Assembly (NCBI GenBank): GCA_964035545.1
Contig: OZ037765.1
Location: 1,178,001 to 1,242,000 of the forward strand
Origin: Bugula neritina
Lineage: Eukaryota; Animalia; Bryozoa
Direction of reading: 5' to 3'
Length of the DNA stretch: 64,000 nucleotides
Shown here: piece by piece, positions 42,138 to 54,200 of the stretch
Layout: each line of letters opens with the position of its first letter
How positions within the stretch are numbered: the stretch's first letter is position 1
Made by a program: the position numbers and the translations under genes
Notes under the pieces: model-generated
Told to the model about the DNA's origin: nothing
Database searches by the model: none
Seen by the model: the letters and a program-made list of their open reading frames with translations, nothing else

Positions 42138-45100
42138 ATGCCAGTAAGTTCACTCCAACTTCCAAGTTGATTTTAATTTACAATTTCAATTTGAATTTGA
42201 ATTACTATTACTAGTGTTGTGGTGGGTTTTACTGATTTTGAGTATCGTAAACTCACCGAGTAATATATATAATGTGGCCTTGGGGTGAGCTCGGGGTCGG
42301 TGTGCAGTTGCGGGTTAATAGCTTGGCTGCGAGGTAACTCCAGCTCCTGTCCGTCTGGTAGGGGTGAAGTTGAGACTCCGGGTTAGAGTAGTTGGCTGGT
42401 GGTGCTCCTCGGTCTATGGTCCTGAGCTAGCACTCACAAACGTACTCTAACACATTCTAATTAGGTAGCATACATTCTATATAACTATTCTCAATTATTC
42501 CTCAATCAGTCTCAAGTCTCCCCATTCTCCCATTTTCACTAGGTTATATAGCTATCACACTCACACAAGCCACACCCACACTATAAGTAATATTAATGTC
42601 AAACTTAGAGTTGTGCACCCCACACACATGCAACAGCAAGAGATGACAACTACACATATTTATGATACTTATAAATCCAGATATAACATTCTCCGTCACA
42701 ATAAAAATTTACAGTTCCACCTGTAAATACTTGACTAGGGGCATTGCGATTTAAGGATAAATATTGCAGTAACAAGGTTAAACTATTAAATATGTAATTA
42801 CTTTAGGATTACTGGACATATTAGAACTTGCAATATATTAGACATTGGGTATAATTGATATTAATAGACGTATTGGAAATTACTACATACATAGTAACCT
42901 TTATATAATAGCTGTGAGTGTCTACTAGCCTCACAACTGTTTAATAGGGCTGTGAGATTTACTACTACTATTGACCAAGTTATAGAATAGGTAACATACG
43001 AGAAAACAGCACAGCAAGAATAAGTTCAACTTCTGTCTATTGAAAGTTGCAAATTTCCTTTTGTTACCTTTTATAAAATAGAGCCTATCAGATAAAATGC
43101 TATAGATGCATGTATGCTATATATGTATGTATATGTATATGTATATGTATATATATATATATATTTTTTTTTTTTAATCACCTTGTGGATCACTTTATGT
43201 TCTATTGGAAGAAATTAGTATATTAAATATTAGTCTGTACTATACCTACACTGTTACTATACCTACACTGTTACTATACCTACACTTGAAAAAATTAAAA
43301 ACGTTTATCCAGTAAATATAACCATAATATGTTAGTGCACGTAGCATGTAGCATGCAAGATCTGAACGATGAAACTTGAACAAGCCAAGACCTAGGTAGA
43401 AAGTAGCTTCATCAGTCAGCGTTTATTTATTTTTTTGCAGTGATTGCATCAATTTCTATTTTTTTTTTTTAAACTAAATGAGTTAGCACGACTTAAATCT
43501 GAATTTTATAGTTAACTAAGCATTATAAATTAAATCTTAAAATTAAAAATTATGCAGGGTATTTGTAAATGAGTTGTGGCTGTGTAGCCCTATCTTCAAA
43601 GAAAGTATCAATTACTATTTTTCTAGATTATGAGATATTATGAGACATATGCAATTTAATTATAAGCTTACTTCCACATTAAATATAATAACCTTTTAAT
43701 CTGACAGATGTTGCCAGACCAATTATTTTGATTAATGACTTATCTAATTCTAAGTAGCCCCTCTTATTAGTATAAAATCGGCAAGGATTAGCATAATTAG
43801 TATAATTTATTCTATATACCATCTTTGTAACTATAGTGGAAAAACTGTAGTCTGCAATGTTATACACACAGTAATAGCAATGGCCTTGTATTATATTCTG
43901 TTTATGTAGCACTAAACTCATATCAGCGGTTACTCTAATCTGTGGGACTTGAACTAAGGAATTATAATTAATTACTCCTGACTTTTGATATTAGCTGTGG
44001 TGACTTACATTTATAAGCTTGTATTCAATGGTAATTGCAACTATATACATATCAAGCACATTATATGACGTGGGAAAAGGCTATAGCGGAGATTGGAGTA
44101 TGGTGGTACCAGTCTATACCAATGTAATATGTGATTAAGGATTAGAGGTCTACGTAGATAAGTGTATTTACTGGGGCTAGTATATTTCTTTATAAGGATA
44201 AGGCTAACATAATTAATATAATATGATGACTGCATGAGCCTGCTGCAAACTAAGATGTATATAAATATGAAGAGAATGGCGATTGATCTAGGCAAGAGGC
44301 AGTTAGCCTGTGTATCTTTACCACAATAATATAAATGTCTACAAAGTAAAATCCAGGACCCAAAAGAGAATGGAAACACCTTCATCACACAGAGTTGTGT
44401 AATATAATATCTCAAGCAATAATTTCAAGCTGTCTTGCTGGGTAAGGCTTACAGCTCATTAAAGTTTATGTTTGGTCTACTATTTCCTAAACTGTCTAGT
44501 TTGATTCACTTAGAGCCAGCTATCAGGTTAATTAACAAAACTACTTCCCCTTAGATTATCACCAATTGCTTCCAACCTTCAGAACTCAACTATGTCAACA
44601 TTTTCCTAGAGAATAAAAATTAACCTCTGATTACTGCTCCAGCAGCAAGATGATATCAATTAATAAACACAATGAACCTGTAGATTCACAAGACTATGGT
44701 TGTCATACATATTGAACTTTTCCAGTTCATTGATAATACACATCAGTTAGAGAGTAATAGTGGTATGGTGCAGTAGTCACAGACGATGACTGACTACCAG
44801 CTTGAGTTTGTCAAGGTATATAGGCCTGCGTGGTTGGTAATGAGCTTAATAGATGATTACTTCAAGAGAAAATCTTATAAGGCGATAAGACGTATTATAT
44901 ATTAATTCGATTAGTAGTTTGACTAAATAGTATTGCACTTAGGTATAAGAAGTTTTAATTAAAGTTAACTAGGGCCATAATCTGAACAATACATGGGAGT
45001 GAATGAGACTGCACGGGTGGCAGCTAACACGCCCCATGCGCTGCAGTAACATGTAGCAATGTCAGCCCCCACCGTGCTTGTCTCCACATGTATCCTACTA

Positions 45101-48100
45101 ATAAAAGAGCTTATATTCTATTTTCCTTTTGAAGAAGTAATTGCAAACAACATTGATCCCTGGTAACTCTTATATGAGTTTGGTACACATAACTACAGTA
45201 TAATATTTTATAGCTAGTTTTATTTATGTTTTCAAATAAGTGGATTACTGGATTACTGTCGCGTCATAGCCTACTAAATGAAGTCATATACTGTCGTACG
45301 TGAGGCGCCAGCACAAGTTGTGCTTAAATGTGCGTCGTGGCCAGGCAGCAGCAGCGCTTTATTAATAGAAAATTCACAACATAAAATTATATACATATAC
45401 CCATCACCAACATATAGAAAGTGGTTAGTATTAATTAGCTAGCATGCAGGATAGCAAAATGCATCAGAGTAATGTGCACTCAGTCTATTTCATACGTCTA
45501 TGAAATTTAGTCTAGTCAATGTCAAAGTATAGAGCTCTATGGACGTCCAGTAGTAATTTTTGTTTTATGTAAGGCCTGTAAATTTGTTGTATTTCCGTAC
45601 GGATTTATGCATGCTGTCGGTATACCATTATGAAATTTTATATATTCGATCTGTGTCGGCGTCCCATTTTCTGTAGTGATTCTACGTACGTGTTGCCCTA
45701 CTGACGTGTCGTCATGGCGATATAAATTATACAATTGTTTTTTGATTCGTTTGTTGTTCGGGACAGTTTGTGTTTGAAAGCGCTTTATATAAATATCGTA
45801 TGTAGCCTATTTGTTGAAGTAGCCTATATATTATGACAGTATACTGTGTAGCCCTAATTTTTCGATTGAAGTTTAACGTCATTCTGGACGAGCCCTGTAA
45901 TTCCATAAAATTGTTAGTATATGTGCACATACATTGAATGATGGCCTGCAAGCGTCCAACAGCTCGATAGGCTGGGACTACGGAGTAAATAGTATATCGA
46001 GTTGGGCATTAGTGGCCTGCACATGTCCAACAGCCGGATGGGCTGGGACTACGGAGGAAATAGTATATCAAGTTGGGCATTAATGGCCTGTACATGTCCA
46101 ACAGCCGGATGGGCTGGGACTGTGAGAAACTAATATGGAGATTTATAGAAACTCTTAGGCTGGCTACATAATGGGCTAGTAATTTAATTATATAAATACC
46201 TATCTAGATCTAGGTACTGAGGGCTTGTATTTGGGCTAGGATATTGTTATTGTTCAGACTGCCAGGGGGGAGAGGGTCAAGTCTGACAATAGCTTTTGAG
46301 AAGTATCTCAAAAGCTTGTTGGCCAACCTATAAATGTATTTGGTGTGTGAGCCGAATTTTGGCTTACTCAACTTAGGAAAAATTATTTTGTAATTTCCAA
46401 GTAATAGCACACCGTTATGCCCTTGGGTTTGACATTTAACCCTGCCACTTGAGTAGATGTCTTTACCCAGTTTAAAGATAAAAGTGACACCAAAATAAAT
46501 GCTTGTGATGGTGTACACCAGGTGTTGTAGAGTAGAGAAAAGCATGTATACAAGAAGATATATGGCTGCTGTCACAGGGTGATTGCACACATTAAATACC
46601 TTATCAGAGGCTTTTGAGCTTGAGTGAAGGTTGGTTGTGGCAGTCATCACATCCTGATGAAAGCTTGCAGCTATCTTCTCTTCTGGTGAGACTTTGATAG
46701 TAGGTCGGACTTGCTCTCCAGTAGCTGAACATGGCGGTGCCGAGGAACAGCTGGGGTTCATACCTTCTGCCTCAGTGGTACCGTCTGAGGTTGCAGGTAT
46801 CTTTGTTGCTGGGTTGCAGTGCTGGGTGCTTCCGGCAGGTTGTGAGGTGGAGAATCTGGACTCGGGGGTCCGGATGTTTGATTCTTCATCTGCCGGTCTG
46901 CACTCTGGACCTACTTTAGTAATAATACTGGCGCAGATATGGCATTTGGTAGGTTTCCTACTCGGACTGTCCACACTGTGCTTGTAGCAGAGTGTGAACA
47001 ACTCCTCTATGGTTGGTGGATTTTTAAACCTACCTGCCAGTTGTGGCAGCAAAATGTAACTTAGCTCACGGTTACCTACGCCAGTAGCAAAAGTCTCACC
47101 TATAATTGTAAGTTTTGAGCCACTATCTAGCATATATAGATTATTGCCCTCATTGATAACTCTACATAAAAAGTCTTCTGTAGACTCATGGGCCCTAATA
47201 TGGAGGTCTAGGAACTTTTCCATCTTTGTAGAGTGGTTCTTATTAAACTTTTTGTCAAGAACATTAATCAGGGTGTCAAATGAGATTTGGAAATTTGTAG
47301 ACCTTACAATGTTCTGATAACTTTGTTTTGCATTACCATAGAGACAAAGGCCTAGGAATTTAACACTTTGCTCATCTGTGAGGTTGAGAACTTTTGCTCG
47401 ATAGCTAAAATCAGCTTTGGTTCGATACCAATTGTCAGAAATATCACCAAATTGATGAACAAAAGCCCAACTTTTGGGGCATCTAAATAAGTGGCACCAG
47501 TCACTACATGTGGCCATTGTGTGACAGAAAATGATATATAGGCTATTTATATATGAAATTTGTATGAAATTTGTTTATGTAAACCTATGTATAGTTAATC
47601 ATTTTTGCTTGCACAATAAATGATATAATATTTCCACCCCATATTTAAAACAGACACGTCCTCGTGTCAATTTGTGCACAAATCAACAGTAAGATAAAAA
47701 CAAGCCACATGAAAAAAAACAAATTGGAAAAAACTAACTGTACGGGACTTCTATGGCAGTCTCAACTAATAAAACACACAGATAGACTGAGAAACTGGAG
47801 CGGTGCACGAGATCGAATGGCACCTCCACCAAATGTTGTGGTGGGTTTTACTGATTTTGAGTATCGTAAACTCACCGAGTAATATATATAATGTGGCCTT
47901 GGGGTGAGCTCGGGGTCGGTGTGCAGTTGCGGGTTAATAGCTTGGCTGCGAGGTAACTCCAGCTCCTGTCCGTCTGGTAGGGGTGAAGTTGAGACTCCGG
48001 GTTAGAGTAGTTGGCTGGTGGTGCTCCTCGGTCTATGGTCCTGAGCTAGCACTCACAAACGTACTCTAACACATTCTAATTAGGTAGCATACATTCTATA

Positions 48101-50619
48101 TAACTATTCTCAATTATTCCTCAATCAGTCTCAAGTCTCCCCATTCTCCCATTTTCACTAGGTTATATAGCTATCACACTCACACAAGCCACACCCACAC
48201 TATAAGTAATATTAATGTCAAACTTAGAGTTGTGCACCCCACACACATGCAACAGCAAGAGATGACAACTACACATATTTATGATACTTATAAATCCAGA
48301 TATAACACTAGTACTATTACTTTACTGGTAGTATTAGTATTACATTTACTGTTGTCTGTTGCATTAGTACTTATTATTAGATATTATTAGTAACTAATAA
48401 ATAATGTAAACAATGGTAGCAGACTAGCAGTATTACTAGTAGTTAGTTGTAAGACAGAATTTACGGTTGTTAGGCTATCAACATCATAGTCATAGTGATA
48501 CTGATACTGAAACTCGTACTCTTGTCATACTCGTACTAATATGATGCGCTCTGACTCTATCACTCACGCTGTTTCATTACAGTAGCTCTAAATGGAAGTG
48601 ACTCTTAAGTAGACGTGGCGTAGAATGTTTGTTACTTCAATGTTTATTACTCGAAAGTTTAAGACAAAGCAGTGTTAGAATTAGAATGTCAAGCATTTTT
48701 ACACTTTATTTTGATTTGTGTGACTTCAGATGCTACTGTGCATAAAGTTTGACTGCTTAGCCTACGAATTTTGAGCTATGTAGGGCTAAAGTGATACTTT
48801 CATTTATTGTTGAACAAATTTATTTGATGAATATTTCAGGCGTATCATTCCCAATTTGTCGAGCCACCAAGGTTGGTTGGAAACATGGCATTAGCCCCTC
48901 TTCGAACTCAATTTAACGGACCAGCACCTAAAGATCCTTGTTAGTAGTTAAGCCTTAATTGCATTTATTAAGCAGCATATTGTGTTGTATGCACAACTCA
49001 GACTGCATTACTTGTTTCTTTTGTATAACTTCTCTTTTATTCAGCTTAAAAACAGTAAATTTTTGCTTATTAAATATTCATAGCATATTACAGGTTTATG
49101 TAAGAGCATTTAACGTTTTATTTCCTTAAAATGTGGGCTATAGAATTCACAAAAACAAAAGTTATACTATAGATAGGTAAGAGTATTGTATAAATGCACA
49201 TGATACATCACTCATCAATAACACATGATTTATCCATTTGTTGTCATTCTGTATCTCCAAACATATTCTTGCAATTTATCTTATAGCACTACAATATGAT
49301 GCCATAGACGAAGCTCTGTATTTCTTCAAAGCCAATATTTTCTTCAAAAACTACGAAATTAAAGTGAGTATCACTTGTACAATGGCTTGTCAGATGACAT
49401 CAACAACTATAACATTATTCACATTATTTTATTTGAATAATAAAGTCGCGAACTGTTTTGCTTTTGTTCATAAAATAAACTTAAGTGTATGATGTTTCTT
49501 TGTTAGAATGAGGCTGACAGGACTCTGATATACATAACTCTCTACATCTCCGAGTGCTTGAAAAAGTTACAAAAGGTAAGCCTCTCTCATTACCTGCTAT
49601 TTGTTTGTTTCTGTTTGTATATGTTTGTTCTGTTGGATTTGTTGTTAATCTTTTAATAAAAAGCAATAAAATTAACTGCAGTTTTTAGATACTTCATTCA
49701 GCAAATTATCAGCAATGAATAAGTAGAATAAAAGATAACATGCAGCAAAACTATATGTTTATAGTTTTAGGTTTTTCTGTTTTTTCTGCAGTTTGTTATG
49801 TCTATGTATTATATTTATGTATTGTATTTTATTATGTTTATTCTTACATTATATTATATTTCGTTATATTGTATTTGATGTGTAAAATTTTATTCTGCTG
49901 TATTGTATGATCTACTTTATTGTATTGCATTGTTATTGCATTATATGATCACATTATTTTGTATTTTATTATGTAATTATGCTTTATTATATTATGCAAT
50001 TGCTACACTCTATTGTGTAACATAATTATATTATATTATATAATTGTATTATATTATAATAACAGTGCAGCAGCAAGAACCAAGGTCTCAAGGAGATGCA
50101 CACTCTGGCCGTTAGCCAATGGCCCTTGCCTGGTGACGCGGGCTTTCCCTTGAACGCGATGTACCTGGCACCTTCAGATAGAAATGTGGAAGGTTAGCTC
50201 CGGCAGAACTGAAATACTTTCATTAGTTTGTCATATTTTTAGTTTTGATTTTAGTTTTCAGTCCTTCATATACTTTACAAATAGTCTGCTTTCATTATCT
50301 CTTTGAAAATGCTCTGAAGCTGAATTTATTAGGAGTTTTCTGTCCTCTGTGATTAAGCGGTTTACCTTACAGATACCATGAGGAAGTTCATGCAGCAGTT
50401 GAGACAGGAAATTGGTGTCAGAGTGTGTGAGAAAGTGTTTGATCCAGCTACTGACAAGCCAAGCAAGGTAAGTGGATTTAATACCCTGTATTATATGTTT
50501 ACAGTGGTGGATTGTATTATATATTTACAGTGGTGGATTGTGTTGTATATTTACAGTGGTGGATGTGCTTTGTTAGAAGGAAGTTCATGGACAAGAGCTT
50601 ATCTGCCCGTGGAATGTAA
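42138..50619 (+). CDS. ARPC3: Actin-related protein 2/3 complex subunit 3 (p21-ARC); intron 1 carries the LTR element
   Basis: Exon 1 ATG CCA (42138-42143) then GTAAGT; exons 48840-48939, 49287-49363, 49507-49575, 50065-50191, 50373-50467, 50557-50619. Protein MPAYHSQF...[10 protein letters not shown]...[43 protein letters not shown]...[19 protein letters not shown]. Confidence 0.96.
42215..42688 (-). repeat. 3' LTR of the retroelement
   Basis: Copy of 47834-48307. On the minus strand it is preceded only by a weak purine tract (GACGGAGAA). Confidence 0.95.
45941..46120. repeat. 71-bp tandem repeat (2.5 copies) downstream of gag
   Basis: Units start at 45941, 46012 and 46083 (RTGGCCTG...GTCCAACAGC...GCTGGGAC). 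Confidence 0.9.
46210..47517 (-). CDS. gag: Gag-like capsid protein (435 aa) with degenerate zinc knuckle, S/T/P-rich linker and hydrophobic C-terminal segment
   Basis: Intronless ORF starting ~300 nt after the PBS. The pattern W..F...A.....D....FL...L.G.A...Y, F..L...L...F, F......E....F, F..G.....L...L, PT..E fits Ty3/gypsy capsid. CHIC at ~aa 192; hydrophobic stretch at ~aa 315-348. Confidence 0.8.
   Translation of the reverse strand: MATCSDWCHLFRCPKSWAFVHQFGDISDNWYRTKADFSYRAKVLNLTDEQSVKFLGLCLYGNAKQSYQNIVRSTNFQISFDTLINVLDKKFNKNHSTKMEKFLDLHIRAHESTEDFLCRVINEGNNLYMLDSGSKLTIIGETFATGVGNRELSYILLPQLAGRFKNPPTIEELFTLCYKHSVDSPSRKPTKCHICASIITKVGPECRPADEESNIRTPESRFSTSQPAGSTQHCNPATKIPATSDGTTEAEGMNPSCSSAPPCSATGEQVRPTIKVSPEEKIAASFHQDVMTATTNLHSSSKASDKVFNVCNHPVTAAIYLLVYMLFSTLQHLVYTITSIYFGVTFIFKLGKDIYSSGRVKCQTQGHNGVLLLGNYKIIFPKLSKPKFGSHTKYIYRLANKLLRYFSKAIVRLDPLPPGSLNNNNILAQIQALST
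47819..47831 (-). promoter_or_regulatory. Primer-binding site complementary to the tRNA-Ala 3' end
   Basis: Minus strand TGGTGGAGGTGCC starts 2 nt after the LTR. Its complement GGCACCTCCACCA matches the acceptor end of eukaryotic cytosolic tRNA-Ala as I recall it. Confidence 0.85.
47834..48307 (-). repeat. 5' LTR of the retroelement
   Basis: 474 bp, TG...CA, followed on the minus strand by the PBS. TATA-like CTATATAA lies on the minus strand near 48162-48171. Confidence 0.95.
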
Positions 50620-51296
50620 TCACCCATTTCCTCTCCACTTCTCATAACAAATAAAACTCCCGGATACGTGACTTATTAACCTGTCTAACATGTGGTTATG
50701 GCTCGTAATGTAAACTCCCTGCAGGTTACTGGATGTCAGCCTTTTCCAAACGTAGCTTTTCCAATTAAACTAAATATTTAATACAAACTTCAAACTTAGC
50801 TTGTAATTTATATACATTTTATTTCCTGTCATGATCAATAACGAAATAAATAATTTTCACAGAAAAATAACATATTTTACTGTAATATTTAGTTATAAAA
50901 ATTACAAAAGCATATGACACCAACAGTCTCTGGATTGCAGCCTATGAAAGCTGATACTTATTATGCAGCTCGACCTAATCATAAATTAATATCAAAATTA
51001 TAAATTAATAGAGCTAGTGACTATTATGCGTGGTGAGACAACAACGTCCTGAACTAGAGCTAGTAACTAGTAACACATAGCACCTGTATGATAACACGTA
51101 GTCCTTTTGAGTTGACAATACCAATACATGATTTATAGAAAGCCTCTTAGTTGAACAGCTGCTGAAATAGTATAGTTTCTAGTTCTGGAATATAAAACCA
51201 TAGTATTTGCTGAAATATCAAGTAGGTTAAGTAATATAGCCTCTGGTCCAAGAAAGGCACTGATTGTGTTCACAGTGATTGGAGGTAGAGCAAGAA

Positions 51297-54200
51297 TCAC
51301 AATTTAGTAACTGACGAGCTACCTCCTATGAGGTCAGGGGTCATATCAATGTCTGGTAAAGTTGGAGAGGTTTTGTGAATATCGCCCGAGTTATGACTCA
51401 TTGCAGACGTCCCGACAGCTCCCGCTGACGACGAGCAGGTGGTGTCTGTTGCTCGCTCAGCCACTTCCTGTTTTACGCCAGATATGATCATCTTGGTGAC
51501 TTCCCACGCCATTGCTTCCTGCTCCTTCTCTTTAGCACGCTTCTTTCGGGAGAATCTGTTGCCTGAAATTTAATCCATCAATCAATTTAATGAATCACTG
51601 TAGGCTTAAAACTCACAAGAATACCGTTAGTAGTTGTACTCAACTTTAAAGATATTTTAGTATTTGTTGCTATTTCCAAACATACTCAATTTGCACTAAA
51701 ACTGACGTTTGATTCGGAAAACTCTACTACTACACCAGCACTCTTTAATGAATAAAATGTTGAAAACAATTGAAAGTTATCACTCATATGGATATAAAAT
51801 CAAAACTCATTACGACATTCTTTTCCTTATTTTATAAAAAATTGTCTTTTATATAGAATATTGAAAGTTGCTAATGAAATAAATTTAATTCAAAGCTAAA
51901 GATGCGAGAGTTTGAGAGCCCGGAGTCAACCAATCATGTGTCACGCTGCTCACCCTTATGTTTATCTATGTCAGGTACTTTCTCCAGCTCCAACTCTGAA
52001 ACAAACTGCCCAAACTCACTGAGTTGACCCAAAGACATCGTTTTCCTACAATCAAATCAGCACAAACTTTGCTATTTGAAGGAATAATATTATATAACAC
52101 ATATGATACGTAATAAAACATACTATAGTGCATATAATACCTTATATAGCCTAGTATAAAATATTTGACATGTAACAAAACCGTCTGTTATGGAAATGAA
52201 AATTGTATTACCAAATATTATCTGAAATATATAAATAAAACTACAAAATATAAAAATTATCACATTTCCTAAGTTTCAACACCCCATAAAATTTATTATA
52301 AACTATTATAAATTGGTTTACGCATTATAAAAAGTTACTATAAACACTAATAGGTACTTACTTTTAATAGATGTGAGCTATAAATAAAAGCAAGCTATAA
52401 ATAGATGCGAGCTATAAATAGATGCGAGCTATAAATAGAGAAAATTAACATCACTCTAACCTGTGATGGACTCTCTTCCACAAGGGTGTGTCATCATCAA
52501 GTCCATTCAGTCTGGAGTTATATTCTCCTGCTACATCCCCTTCCGCCATGCTGCCCTCCCCTAAACTCTGAGCATCATAGCTAGAGGCACCGCTACCTGG
52601 GTACATGTCATAAATTATGAGTATAATACTACATCGTCACACCGAATACATATTAGAGGCAGGTTTAAGTGTTGACATTCATTGAAGTGAAAATTTAGTA
52701 GTTTCCATCAAAAATAAAAGCTCAACACTCTTTATTTGATTTTTGACATTAAAAAATTGATTTGCATTAAATTATGAAACAATTTGAATGAAAAAGATCT
52801 TTAAAACTCATGAATAGATTTTAAAAAAACTTTCAAAATGCAAGAATCCAACTATTCTCTACTTCAAATCATGTAATCTGAATTACCTACCTTTACGACT
52901 GTGTGACTTTTTGACCTTGGCCTTTGGAGTCATAGCCTGGGAGTCAACTGACTGGTTTGAGGCAATGAGCTCTGATAGATATCTATAGTAGATCTGACTT
53001 TGGAGGAAGGGCTTGAATAGAGTCTACAGTACAGGGGAGGACAACTCTCAGTATATCTTACAGTACAGTGGAGGACAACTCTTAGTATATCGTATAGTAC
53101 ACAATATTTGGTATGTCATATATTATTTGGTGTATCATATATATTATATTATAATATAAAGCATATTTTGCAAAATTATGATTTGAAAAGAAATATCATT
53201 AAACAAAGCTAAAACATAAAAAACTTTTTTTTCTATAAATGTTCATTTTGACAACCTTGAAATCATATTTCAAGTTAAACAGTCATTTGTGTTGCACCAA
53301 CCTTTTCAATAGTTTCTAGAATAATTATCTTAGGTACAAGAAAGCAGTCGGGGAGGGGCCCTCCCTCCCGACATATGTTCAGTTCAACGTGCATCCTGAC
53401 TTTGTCGTTAAATCCCAGCGGCTCACTCGCTTGGAGTGAGAAATATCTGCAAAATCACCAATTTATAATCAAATATAAATGTAATAACACAATACAATAT
53501 AACAGAATATAAATATAATATAATATAATAAGATAACATAAATATAATAGTAACATGCCCTAAAAATGGTAGACTGTTTAGATTTGTAACAGAGTTTCAT
53601 TAAAGAAACTCATGGAATTGACCTCCAACCAGCTTCTGAAACTCATTTAATTTAAAGAAGAACTCATCAACTTAGACATCAAATTAACATCAAAACACTC
53701 TATAGAGTTGAGTTGATGAGGAACTCAAGCTAAACGTATTAACCTGTGGCTATAAGAATTATTGCAAGGTTAGACGGAGTTGCAATAGAAAAACAGTTAA
53801 TATGAGAACTGATATTCTTCAAAGATTGAATAAATGGAAGGCGGGGTTTATTGAATAAATAGAAGGCGGAGTTTACAGTAGAAACAAACTTTTCATAGAG
53901 GATCATAGCGTCTGCCTGTGCCTCCTTCGCCGTGTACTTGTCATACTCCAGCTGACTCTGGAAGTTGTCCACCGCCATCCAGAACTGCAGGAGAGACGAG
54001 GCGTTCTCCTGCTCCACAAACTACAAGACAGGAAACAGGAAACTTAATAATTTAAATAAAAATAATTCTCCCGTTCGCAAACACTCAAAGTAAAAGGCAT
54101 CATATTTTGAAAACTTTCCAAAATATAGTAATGACGTGGCAACCTTTTTTATACATAATGCATTATTTCCATTTGCATTGACCTCTTATGATGATCAATA

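Larger units (their letters stand above)
42215..48307 (-). mobile_element. Non-autonomous Ty3/gypsy-type LTR retrotransposon (gag only, no pol), very recent insertion
   Basis: Direct repeats 42215-42688 and 47834-48307 (474 bp each, TGTT...AACA termini, no mismatch found by eye). CTAG flanks both ends (42211-42214, 48308-48311). PBS lies next to the right-hand LTR. One long internal ORF. Confidence 0.95.

Noticed and set aside
45941-46120. GUCCCAGCC...GGC resembles the HDV ribozyme P2/P3 segment
   Set aside because: No P1 pairing and no complementary P2' (UGGGAC) after the CUAA; only a simple hairpin is supported.
46694-46987. Plus-strand ORFs within the LTR element
   Set aside because: Antisense shadows of the GC-richer gag linker with no recognisable motifs.
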